Source of the DNA: Candidatus Amesbacteria bacterium
GTDB taxonomy: Bacteria > Patescibacteriota > Microgenomatia > CAZETR01 > Amesbacteraceae
Direction of reading: 5' to 3'
Assembly (NCBI GenBank): GCA_963736875.1
Contig: CAVTQH010000003.1
Location: 129,756-193,755, forward strand
DNA: 64,000 bases
The notes beneath the pieces were generated by a model. That model was not told where the DNA came from and made no database searches. It saw nothing but the letters and a program-made list of their open reading frames with translations. Of the stretch, positions 7,653 to 16,369 are shown piece by piece; the first letter of the stretch is position 1, and each line of letters opens with the position of its first letter. Position numbers and translations under genes: made by a program.

Positions 7653-9722
7653 TCAGGGTAACGGGGCGGGGGAGGCAGCCGGAGACGGAGCGGGAGTAAC
7701 TGTAGCTTCGGGGCCGAGGTTTGAAGGCAAAGTGATGGGAGGGTTGACTTTGGGAGTGGGGAGAGGCTGGGGTGCTGCCAACTGAGTACCTTCGGGAGCT
7801 GCGGGAACCTGGGCTGTGGTGCCGGCCAGCTTGGCCAGTTCTTCCAATTCACTCTGGGCTTTGGAAAAGTCGGGAGAGGTACGGTCAAGCTTACTTACCA
7901 CAAGCTGCATGGCGGCAAAAGCGTTTTGGTAGTCTTTCTTTTCCTTGTAGGCGGCGGAAATGTTATAGAAAGCATTTGCCAGGTCGGGCTTTAGGTCTGC
8001 TGACTGTTGGAAGAGGCGGATGGCTTCATCATAATTCTTCTGGGCAAAATAGATACCTCCCAGAGAAATCCGCAGCGAAGGATTGGTGGGATCCAGAGCG
8101 ATCGCCTGGCGGTAAGAGGCAATTGACCACTGATCGGCCCCCTGGGCGAAGTTTAAAAGGTTCTGATAGATGGCGGCCAGATTCTCGACATTTGTGGCTT
8201 TGAAGGGGTTTAAGGCCACGGCATTTTTTGCTTCCTGAATGGACTGCTGAATCAGCTGGGTAATCAGAGTCCGGTCTTCCGCAGTGAGGTTGGTTTTGGT
8301 AGCGGCAGAGTTGGCCAGCAAAAGATTGGTCTGGGAAGCGGTGACACGGTAGCTGTCTTTAGCGGGATTGTAATTGATGGCGGAAACCAGGTTCTGGTAA
8401 GTGTTACGGCCTTCGTTTTTACCGGCAGCAAATATGGCTTTCTGGAAATAAGTTTCAGCATAGTAGGCTTTACCCAGAGAATAAAATCCGGGGATGATCA
8501 GCCCGAGAGCTAAAAGCAGGGAAATCCAGGGAAGGATGGGAGTGCGCACTCCGGAGTCGGAAGCGGCTACAATGTCAATGTTGGCTTCGTGGACTAAAGA
8601 CGACCCCATAAGCTTGAAAGAGGAGATAGCCAGGATTAAGAGGATAAAGAGCAGAAACAAAGTGATGATGCTGGGAGGAATAAACAACAGTGAGGTCAGA
8701 ATAAGAGCGGCACTGACAAGCGCGGCAATTGCCCCGGAATGGGCCGGGGATTCGGAAGCCGATCTGATGGACCGGACCAGGAGATCAATGACTTTATAAG
8801 CTAAAAATATCATGGACGTCAGACCCAGAAGTCCCAGGGTGGTCAGGATCTGCAGGTAATAATTGCTGGCGCTGGTGAAACGGATAGCCCAGTTGGGGGT
8901 GAGATTGTAGGTGACCGGCTTGAAACGGGTGAAATCCGACAAATAGGTGCTGGGACCGGTGCCCAGAAGCGGTGAAAGCTTCAAAGATTCCATAGCGATT
9001 GCCCAGCTGACCTGCTGAGAGAGAAATACCGGGCGGTTACCCGGTTGGCGGAAGAGCCGGTAGGCAATCAGACCGGAAGAGATCACAAAAAGGAACAGAG
9101 CAATGGAAAGTGCCAGGACTTTGGATGAATTGTCTTTCAGGCGAAGGATTAAAAGCCCTACAAAAGGGACTAATATAAGAAGCGAGGTTAATACGGTCAG
9201 GGGATTGCCGGCGGGAGTCCAGAGAGGTGTTTTGGCAAAAGCCCAGGGAACGATTTTTTCGGCCAGTCCGCTTCCCCAAAGGAGGGAAATCAGAGCCAGT
9301 ACGGAGAAAGAAAGAATCAGGGTATGAGTGAGCTGGTCCAGTTCTTTCTTGGTTTTGATAAAGCTCGTGGCTGTAATAAAAATGATGGAGAGAGCAATTA
9401 TGGTGCCGGTTGAACCGGGTTCCAAAAGGGCATCAAGGCGGTTGGGGGTCTGGGAAAAAGTGGAGATAATCCAGACACCCAGTAAAGCCAGAATGGGAAG
9501 ACCGAGAGGGTTTCTGGTAATCCTGACCTGGTGGTTTAATACGAAAGACAAAGTCCAGATGAGTAAGAGGAAAGCCGAGGAGAGCAAAAGAAGAAAGTGT
9601 TTGTTATATTCGTAATACTCCGATGTTATGGGAAGAAACAGTAACGGAAAGATAAATACCAAGCCAACAATAATATAAAAACCTATTTTATGAAGGAGAG
9701 TGGGTGATTTCATATTAAACAT
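7653..9722 (-). CDS. Polytopic membrane protein with an O-antigen-ligase (Wzy_C)-like domain, C-terminal TPR repeats and a Pro/Ala-rich tail
   Basis: About 10 predicted TM helices. The 'NYYLQILTTLGLLGL' motif resembles the Wzy_C HN.YL..E.G motif. TPR-like repeats include 'AIALDPTNPSLRISLGGIYFAQKNYDEAIRLFQQS'. The C-terminal tail reads 'APQPLPTPKVNPPITLP...APSPAASPAPLP'. Confidence 0.75.
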   Translation of the reverse strand: MFNMKSPTLLHKIGFYIIVGLVFIFPLLFLPITSEYYEYNKHFLLLLSSAFLLLIWTLSFVLNHQVRITRNPLGLPILALLGVWIISTFSQTPNRLDALLEPGSTGTIIALSIIFITATSFIKTKKELDQLTHTLILSFSVLALISLLWGSGLAEKIVPWAFAKTPLWTPAGNPLTVLTSLLILVPFVGLLILRLKDNSSKVLALSIALFLFVISSGLIAYRLFRQPGNRPVFLSQQVSWAIAMESLKLSPLLGTGPSTYLSDFTRFKPVTYNLTPNWAIRFTSASNYYLQILTTLGLLGLTSMIFLAYKVIDLLVRSIRSASESPAHSGAIAALVSAALILTSLLFIPPSIITLFLLFILLILAISSFKLMGSSLVHEANIDIVAASDSGVRTPILPWISLLLALGLIIPGFYSLGKAYYAETYFQKAIFAAGKNEGRNTYQNLVSAINYNPAKDSYRVTASQTNLLLANSAATKTNLTAEDRTLITQLIQQSIQEAKNAVALNPFKATNVENLAAIYQNLLNFAQGADQWSIASYRQAIALDPTNPSLRISLGGIYFAQKNYDEAIRLFQQSADLKPDLANAFYNISAAYKEKKDYQNAFAAMQLVVSKLDRTSPDFSKAQSELEELAKLAGTTAQVPAAPEGTQLAAPQPLPTPKVNPPITLPSNLGPEATVTPAPSPAASPAPLP

Positions 9723-9767
9723 ATGTATAAAGGGAAAAAAAAGCTATGTCAAGCAGGAAAATGAAAC

Positions 9768-9799
9768 GGGTCTGACCTATTGCGCGATAGGTCTGACCC
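9768..9799. promoter_or_regulatory. 32-nt imperfect palindrome/hairpin immediately upstream of the IS200-like gene
   Basis: GGGTCTGACCTATTGCGCGATAGGTCTGACCC. Pairing is 14 bp per arm with one T:T mismatch and one T:G wobble. Confidence 0.5.
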
Positions 9800-9815
9800 A
9801 TGATAACATGAGTGC

Positions 9816-10517
9816 ATGCCGGTCAAAAACAGGGTGAAGATTTATAAAAGCGGGGGTATATACCATATATATAATAGGGGGATAGACGGAAAAGAGATAT
9901 TCCGCGGGGAGGAAGATATGGCGTATTTTATTGACGTCATCCGGCGCTACCTGGATCAATATAAGGAAGAACCTGAAAGCGGATATAAAACGGAACGGCC
10001 GTATTTAAGAAAACACAGGCAGGATATGAATTTACAGGGGAAAGTAGAATTGATGGCTTATTGTCTGATGCCGGATCATTTCCATATTATGGCCAGACAG
10101 CAGTCTGCCGAGGGAATTACCCAGCTGATGCGCCGGGTAATGACCAATTATGTGATGTACTTTAACAAAAAGTACAAAAGAAGGGGAGTACTTTTTGAAA
10201 ATGTGTACCGGGCAGTACTACTTCCTGATGACCGGGTGGTGGTCGGGCTTTCCAGGTATCTGCACTTAAATCCGGTTGCCCGGGTGGTAAAAAGGTTCGG
10301 TTTGGTGGAAACGGTAACGGTGTCATCACCTGAGTATTATATATACTCAAGTTATCAGAATTATTTGGGGTTAAGGCAGGAGGGGTGGGTTAAATCCGGT
10401 CCGGTATTGGACATGTTTGAAAGACTTTCTGAAAATCAGAAACAAAGTTACCGCCAGTACGTGGAGGGAGAGACTAAGAGAATAAAAGAAGAACTTTTTG
10501 ATTGGGTCCTGGAATAA
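9816..10517 (+). CDS. IS200/IS605-family Y1 (HUH) transposase-domain protein with a ~90-aa C-terminal extension (RAYT-like, possibly domesticated)
   Basis: HUH motif 'PDHFHIMAR', catalytic-Tyr helix 'FENVYRAVLL', and an N-terminal 'YHIYNRGIDGKEIF' typical of IS200-like TnpA. At 233 aa it is longer than canonical TnpA. Confidence 0.7.
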   Translation: MPVKNRVKIYKSGGIYHIYNRGIDGKEIFRGEEDMAYFIDVIRRYLDQYKEEPESGYKTERPYLRKHRQDMNLQGKVELMAYCLMPDHFHIMARQQSAEGITQLMRRVMTNYVMYFNKKYKRRGVLFENVYRAVLLPDDRVVVGLSRYLHLNPVARVVKRFGLVETVTVSSPEYYIYSSYQNYLGLRQEGWVKSGPVLDMFERLSENQKQSYRQYVEGETKRIKEELFDWVLE

Positions 10518-10556
10518 CGACCCGCTGTAGTCGCTTAGAACGGCAGATTTCCGACT

Positions 10557-11270
10557 TTAACGGAACAGAATAAGGGTGAGAATGAAGGTGGTAAAAAAAG
10601 ATAACAAAGCAACAATATACGGGAGAGGAGAACGGCGGGATATGTTTTCTGATACGGAGGAAGGTGTAGTCCGGGGGGCAGCGGCGGCTGAATGGATCGG
10701 GGTAACATCGGGGATAAGATTAGCCAGATCCTGAAAAGGATCCGGGATATTTTCCCGGGGAGTGGTTGCAGTCAAATCTTCCGGTATCCGGTGAGTGATG
10801 CGGGAGTACTCGGGAGGGGTGGTAACCGGTTCGGGGGTGGTGTCGGGATAGTAGACAGGAGGCGAAAAAGACGGTTCCGGGGACGGAATGACCGGCGGAG
10901 ATGACGCAAAAGTTTGAGCAGGGGGAGGTGTTTGGACCGGCGGAGGCGGAGGGGTCATATGGGGAATCGAAGGCAGAGGAAATATTTCCTGTGTGGCGCA
11001 ATAATCGATAAATTTTTTCAGTGATGATAAACGGCGTTTGGCTGTGGCCGGGGGATTGGAACTGGCCAAATATTCTTCATAACCCCGGAGAAATTCAGAA
11101 GAGATAAAAAACGGGAGAGACTGGGGGAGTAAATTCTGGCGCTGGTTTTCGGTGATAAAGGCGAAAAATAACCTAAGGTCCGAAAGATAGTTTTTAATGG
11201 TATTGACAGAGGACGTCTGAAGAGAAATATACTTTTTAAATTCCTGGATATAGTAGCGGGGGTAATCCAT
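10557..11270 (-). CDS. Membrane-anchored protein with a phage-integrase N-terminal SAM-like (core-binding) domain only, plus Pro-rich linker and C-terminal TM helix
   Basis: N-terminus 'SVNTIKNYLSDLRLFFAFI...AKRRLSSLKKFIDYC' matches the XerD/integrase N-terminal-domain pattern. There is no catalytic R-K-H-R-H-Y region. It ends in the hydrophobic stretch 'YIVALLSFFTTFILTLILF'. Confidence 0.6.
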   Translation of the reverse strand: MDYPRYYIQEFKKYISLQTSSVNTIKNYLSDLRLFFAFITENQRQNLLPQSLPFFISSEFLRGYEEYLASSNPPATAKRRLSSLKKFIDYCATQEIFPLPSIPHMTPPPPPVQTPPPAQTFASSPPVIPSPEPSFSPPVYYPDTTPEPVTTPPEYSRITHRIPEDLTATTPRENIPDPFQDLANLIPDVTPIHSAAAAPRTTPSSVSENISRRSPLPYIVALLSFFTTFILTLILFR

Positions 11271-11683
11271 ATGTAATCAGCCTTGTTACACGCTGGAATA
11301 TATACCAGTTACACCATAAATTCAAGTGGGTCTTTGGTGAAAATCTTGTACATGAAAATGTGTCCCATTGGATAATATTAGATGGTGCCAAAGCGATTTT
11401 AGAAAATCTAATTTACTCTTTAGTAAAGTTACTATCGGATATAAGTGAAAGAAAGGTGGCAGATTTACGTGTATGAGTGCCAGATTTTTTTGACAACTAA
11501 ATATCACCAAGGGACCGGATATAAGCCAAATGCTCAGATTAGCGATACTTCAGGATACCGGAAACATGTCTGACGATATAGGATTGGACCGGATAATATT
11601 AAATATATTTTCAGTGATTGGATGTTTGAAGTTCTCAAGTGTAATTGGGTATTTATGGTTTATAATTTGGATAAGGAAAAATT

Positions 11684-14083
11684 ATGCCACAAACGTATCG
11701 TCCTTCGGAAATCGAGAAGAAATGGGCAGAAGTATGGCAAAAAGAAAAAATATATCAGGCTGAAGATTTTTCCAAAAAACCCAAAAGCTATGTTTTGATA
11801 GAATTCCCATATCCGTCCGGTGACAGATTACACGTAGGCCATGCCAGAAGTTACTCCTGTCTGGACGCGGTTGCGAGGTTGAGGCGGATGAAGGGGTTTA
11901 ATGTGATGTATCCGTTCGGGTGGGACGCATTCGGGCTGCCGGCTGAAAATTATGCTGTTAAAACCGGAATTCATCCGGCAATTACCACAAGGGAGAATAT
12001 CAGGCATTCCCGGCTTCAGGCAATTTCGTGGGGAATGTCTTTTGACTGGAGCAGGGAAATAAACACCTCGGATCCTGATTATTACCGGTGGACCCAGTGG
12101 ATTTTTGTAAAGCTTTTTGAGAAGGGTTTGGCTTACAAGGAAGAGATTGCCGTGAATTGGTGCCCGGAGTGTAAAATAAACCTGGCTAATGAAGAAGTAA
12201 TTGACGGAAAGTGCGAAAGATGCGGAACCGAAACCGAGAGACGAAAACAATCCCAATGGCTTTTGAGGATAACCAAATACGCCGACCGGCTGCTGGAAGA
12301 TTTGAAAACCGTAAATTTCAGGGATGACATAGCAGCCCAGCAGATAAACTGGATCGGTAAAAAAGAAGGAGCCAGGGTGAATTTTCCGGTTGCCGGTGAC
12401 CGGTTACCGGCAAAAAATCTGGAGGTGTTTACCACCAGGCTGGATACGATATTCGGAGTAACGTTTTTAGTGGCGGCCCCGGAGGTAGTAAAAGAGTGGG
12501 AGGGACTGCCGGTTGAAGTAAATAGATATGTCGAAGAGGTTTTGAATAAAAGCGAGAGGGATAGGAAGCAAAAAGCGGAAAAAACAGGCATGGATACGGG
12601 AATAGAAGTGATTAATCCGGCAAACGGAAAAAAAGTCCCCGTGTGGGTGGCGGAGTATGTGATGATGGATATCGGAACAGGGGTGGTGATGGGCGTCCCG
12701 GGACATGACACACGGGATTGGGAATTTGCCAAGAAATATAATTTACAGATAGTCGAGGTTGTCAGCGGCGGGAAGGTAACCGACCGGGCATATGAGGGTG
12801 AAGGAGTGCTGGTCAATTCAGGAAAATATGACGGAGTACGGTCGGAAACTGCCAGGGAACGGATGATTAATGACGGAATCGGAAAAAGCAGTTTCCATTA
12901 CCATTTGCGGGACTGGGTATTTTCCAGGCAGCACTATTGGGGAGAGCCGATACCGATGATTTTGTGCTCCAAAGACGGCTGGCAGCCGGTACCGGAGCGG
13001 GAGCTGCCGGTGAAATTGCCGGAAGTGGAAAAATTCCAGCCTACCCAAACCGGAGAATCACCCCTGGCTCATGTTGACAGCTTTGTGAATACCATCTGTC
13101 CGAAGTGCGGGGGTAAAGCCAGGCGGGAAACAGATACCATGCCGAATTGGGCGGGATCGTCCTGGTATTTCCTGCGCTATTGCGATCCGCATTATGATAA
13201 GGGGTTGGCTGATCCGGCCAGGCTGAAGTATTGGCTGCCGGTGGATTGGTACAACGGAGGGATGGAACATACCACCCTCCACCTTTTGTACTCCCGGTTT
13301 TGGCATAAGTTCCTGTTTGATCTCGGGGTGGTATCTTCCGCGGAGCCGTATGCCAAAAGAACCAGCCATGGTGTGGTATTGGGCCCGGATGGGAGGAAAA
13401 TGAGCAAAAGCCGGGGGAATGTAATTAATCCTGATGATATCGTATCCAAGTTCGGGGCGGATACTTTCCGGATGTATGAAATGTTTATTGGTCCGTTTGA
13501 CCAGACGGTGGTTTGGAGTGAAGAGTCATTGGAAGGGGTATACCGGTTTTTGAAAAGAGTATGGGGATTGGTAACAAAAATCCAAAATTCAAATCACAAA
13601 TCACAAACAGTAAATAGAGAACTGGCAAAGCTGGTCAAAAAAGTCGGGGAGGATTTGGAAGAGATGAAGTTTAACACGGCGGTGGCGGCCATGATGGAGT
13701 TTGTCAATTGGTGGATGGAAAATCCAGGGGAAGTCGGCAGAAAGGAAGCGGAAACTTTTGTTAAAGTGCTGGCTCCTGCGGCTCCCTTTATGGCGGAGGA
13801 ATTGTATCAGTACTTAAATCCCGGGAAGCAGAAATTTGCTTCAATTCACTCTCAAACCTGGCCGAAATATGATCAAAATGACCTGGAGGGCGGGGAGGTA
13901 ACGGTGGTGGTGTCGGTGGACGGGAAAGTCAGGGCTCTGCTTCACCTGAAGACCCGGGAAGGGCAGGAAAAAATTGAGCAGCTGGCTTTAAAAGAAGAGA
14001 ACGTCAAAAAGCATCTGGCAGGCGGGGGGTATAAAAAAGTGGTATATGTACCGGGGAGAATCATTAACTTTATTACCAAATGA
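11684..14083 (+). CDS. leuS: Leucyl-tRNA synthetase
   Basis: HIGH motif 'HVGHARSY', KMSKS motif 'KMSKSRGN', LeuRS editing/CP1 sequences, and Zn-binding CxxC pairs. A TATAAT lies at 11663 and an AAGGA SD 6 nt upstream of the ATG. Confidence 0.9.
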   Translation: MPQTYRPSEIEKKWAEVWQKEKIYQAEDFSKKPKSYVLIEFPYPSGDRLHVGHARSYSCLDAVARLRRMKGFNVMYPFGWDAFGLPAENYAVKTGIHPAITTRENIRHSRLQAISWGMSFDWSREINTSDPDYYRWTQWIFVKLFEKGLAYKEEIAVNWCPECKINLANEEVIDGKCERCGTETERRKQSQWLLRITKYADRLLEDLKTVNFRDDIAAQQINWIGKKEGARVNFPVAGDRLPAKNLEVFTTRLDTIFGVTFLVAAPEVVKEWEGLPVEVNRYVEEVLNKSERDRKQKAEKTGMDTGIEVINPANGKKVPVWVAEYVMMDIGTGVVMGVPGHDTRDWEFAKKYNLQIVEVVSGGKVTDRAYEGEGVLVNSGKYDGVRSETARERMINDGIGKSSFHYHLRDWVFSRQHYWGEPIPMILCSKDGWQPVPERELPVKLPEVEKFQPTQTGESPLAHVDSFVNTICPKCGGKARRETDTMPNWAGSSWYFLRYCDPHYDKGLADPARLKYWLPVDWYNGGMEHTTLHLLYSRFWHKFLFDLGVVSSAEPYAKRTSHGVVLGPDGRKMSKSRGNVINPDDIVSKFGADTFRMYEMFIGPFDQTVVWSEESLEGVYRFLKRVWGLVTKIQNSNHKSQTVNRELAKLVKKVGEDLEEMKFNTAVAAMMEFVNWWMENPGEVGRKEAETFVKVLAPAAPFMAEELYQYLNPGKQKFASIHSQTWPKYDQNDLEGGEVTVVVSVDGKVRALLHLKTREGQEKIEQLALKEENVKKHLAGGGYKKVVYVPGRIINFITK

Positions 14084-14673
14084 GCGGGTTTGATGACTGG
14101 GTTGAAAAACGCAGATGGGAATTGGGGTTGATGCTTCTGGGGCTAATCCTGACCGGTCTGGGGATATTTATATGGAAATCCGAAGGGAATACACCCGGAG
14201 CGCAGGTTGTAAAAGTGGAAGGTACAGCAACAGGGGCCGGGCAATTGGTGGTGGATGTCAGCGGAGCGGTCAACCGTTCGGGTGTATATACATTACCTGC
14301 CAATACACGCGTGGAGGAAGCCATAAAAGCGGCCGGGGGATTGTCTCCCGAGGCAGATGTAAAGTGGTATGAAGCCAATGTAAACAGGGCGCGAAAAATT
14401 ACAGACGGCGAAAAGATTTACATACCCAAACTGAACACAGGCTCAAGCACAACAGATTCTGTACAAGTTTTGCAGGATACACAAATTACAAACCGGATAA
14501 GTATAAACGGGGCCGGTGTATCCGAGCTGGATACACTTCCCGGTATTGGTCCGGTGACCGCCCAAAAAATTATTGCCAACAGACCATATCAGAGTCTGGA
14601 GGAACTACTTACTAAAAAAGTGGTGGGGCAGAAAGTTTTTGATCAAATAAAAGAGCAAATAAGCCTGTGGTAA
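14080..14673 (+). CDS. comEA: ComEA-like competence protein (TM anchor + SLBB + helix-hairpin-helix)
   Basis: N-terminal TM helix. The C-terminal HhH reads 'ISINGAGVSELDTLPGIGPVTAQKIIANRP'. A 4-nt ATGA overlap with the leuS stop indicates translational coupling. Confidence 0.8.
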   Translation: MSGFDDWVEKRRWELGLMLLGLILTGLGIFIWKSEGNTPGAQVVKVEGTATGAGQLVVDVSGAVNRSGVYTLPANTRVEEAIKAAGGLSPEADVKWYEANVNRARKITDGEKIYIPKLNTGSSTTDSVQVLQDTQITNRISINGAGVSELDTLPGIGPVTAQKIIANRPYQSLEELLTKKVVGQKVFDQIKEQISLW

Positions 14674-15647
14674 ACATCAGATGGATGGCAGCGGGACTTT
14701 TGGCCTTAATATTTTTAGTCAGATACCAGGGAGTGAGGGAACAGACAATTTCTCAGACGGCTGTTAATCCGATGGGAAGCATCAGGATGATGATGCAAAA
14801 GAATCTGATCAGGTGGCTGCCGGGAGATACGGGACCGCTGGCTTCGGGAATACTTTTAGGGGGTAATGAGGGTTTGTCCAAAAAGGCCAAACAGTCTTTT
14901 ATCAGATCGGGCATCATGCATATTACGGCTGCTTCGGGATATAACGTGACGGTTGTGGCGGGCTGGATGATGGCTTTGGGAATAAGATTTGTGGGCCGGA
15001 GAAAGGCCATCTGGCTGGGGGTGGGGGGTACATTAATATATATGTGTTTAGCCGGCCTTTCGACGGCGGTGATCAGGGCCGGAGTGATGGCTATATTGAC
15101 TCTGATAGCTTCTTTTTGGGGGAGGAAAGCAGACGCCGGCTGGACGCTAATTCTTGCCTGCCTCCTGATGCTTTCCGTAAATCCCGCGTGGATTACGGAT
15201 ATCGGATTTCAACTGTCGGTGGCGGCAACTGCGGGGTTGATCTGGATAAATACGGTTCCCGGTAAAAGCCTATTGAGTGATTTTAAAACCACTGTTGTGG
15301 CTCAAATTACTACCCTACCGATAATTCTTCACCACTTCGGCAGTTTAAGTGTGATATCCCCCGCGGTAAACGGAGCGGTATTGTGGGCAGTGCCTCCGGT
15401 AATGCAGATTTCAGCGCTAGCTTCCATTGCCGGTATTATCTGGAAGCCGGCAGGCAGTATATTGGCTTTGCTGGCCTGGCCGTTTCTGACATTAATGGTC
15501 CGGGTGGTGGAATGGTCCGCTTCATGGCCGGGTGCCAGCCTGACGCTTTCCCGGCTGGGGTGGGGATGGGTGGGAGTTTACTACCTGGTGATATTTTTAA
15601 TCATCAAAATTTCAAATAAAAAGTCAGGAAATTTATGGGGAGTCTGA
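14667..15647 (+). CDS. comEC: ComEC/Rec2 'competence' membrane domain protein (N-terminal part of a split ComEC)
   Basis: Polytopic membrane ORF containing the 'ILLGGNEGLS...IMHITAASGYNV' competence-domain motif. It overlaps the comEA stop by 7 nt. Confidence 0.75.
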   Translation: MVNIRWMAAGLLALIFLVRYQGVREQTISQTAVNPMGSIRMMMQKNLIRWLPGDTGPLASGILLGGNEGLSKKAKQSFIRSGIMHITAASGYNVTVVAGWMMALGIRFVGRRKAIWLGVGGTLIYMCLAGLSTAVIRAGVMAILTLIASFWGRKADAGWTLILACLLMLSVNPAWITDIGFQLSVAATAGLIWINTVPGKSLLSDFKTTVVAQITTLPIILHHFGSLSVISPAVNGAVLWAVPPVMQISALASIAGIIWKPAGSILALLAWPFLTLMVRVVEWSASWPGASLTLSRLGWGWVGVYYLVIFLIIKISNKKSGNLWGV

Positions 15648-16369
15648 AATGGTTAATATTGGCGGGTGTAACCATCTGGATGGCAGTGCTGGCTCTGCCG
15701 GATAAGAAACTGCATGTGGTATTCTGCGATGTGGGACAGGGGGATGCCATTTTGATCAGCCGGGGAACCGATCAACTGCTGGTTGACGGCGGACCGGATG
15801 ATAAAGTGATCCGCTGCCTGTCCGATCATATGCCTTTTTATGACCGAAGAATAGAAACAGTGGTCTTGACTCATGACGATTCCGATCACAGCCGGGGAAT
15901 ATCCTATGTTAGAGATAGATATAGTGTTATATATTATGAGACGGCTCTGGTTAGGGGAGATACGGTGAAGACGGGAGGGTTTGAGTATCGGGTGGAGTGG
16001 CCGGTGGAAAGATTAATAAATAATGAGAAAGATCAGGAAGACAATACGCAGGCAACTGTCGGCCGGATTGAGTACGGTCAATTTTCCCTGCTTTTGACTT
16101 CCGACACACCCACAAAACTGTATCCGCCGGAAACAGGAATCGAGGTAGTTAAAGTCCCGCATCACGGAAGTAAAACCGATTTTGATGCGGGGTGGTGGCG
16201 CCAGGTCCGGCCGGCGCTGGCAGTGATATCGGTGGGAAAGAACAGTTACGGACATCCGGTGCCGGAAGTAATGAAAGCAATCAGTGATCTGGGGATCGGG
16301 ATTTTACGGACTGACCGGGAGGGAGATATTGAAATTGTCAGCGACGGGTTAAAATGGTGGGTGAAATGA
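15635..16369 (+). CDS. comEC: ComEC C-terminal metallo-beta-lactamase domain protein (second part of the split ComEC)
   Basis: 'VVFCDVGQGDAILI', 'THDDSDHSRG' and 'VPHHGSKTD' are MBL-fold ComEC motifs. It lies in a different frame from the upstream ORF with a 13-nt overlap. Confidence 0.75.
   Translation: MGSLKWLILAGVTIWMAVLALPDKKLHVVFCDVGQGDAILISRGTDQLLVDGGPDDKVIRCLSDHMPFYDRRIETVVLTHDDSDHSRGISYVRDRYSVIYYETALVRGDTVKTGGFEYRVEWPVERLINNEKDQEDNTQATVGRIEYGQFSLLLTSDTPTKLYPPETGIEVVKVPHHGSKTDFDAGWWRQVRPALAVISVGKNSYGHPVPEVMKAISDLGIGILRTDREGDIEIVSDGLKWWVK

Noticed and set aside
7549-7888. ORFs 7549..7785 (+) and 7613..7888 (-) near the tRNA
   Set aside because: They overlap the Pro/Ala-rich C-terminal tail of the 7653..9722 gene on the opposite strand or in an alternative frame, are low-complexity, and have no start signals.
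9816-11270. Active insertion sequence or prophage (IS200-like transposase next to an integrase-like gene)
   Set aside because: The Y1 protein is atypically long. There is a hairpin on one side only, with no matching right end or target duplication visible. The 'integrase' lacks the entire catalytic domain and is membrane-anchored. No other phage structural genes are nearby.
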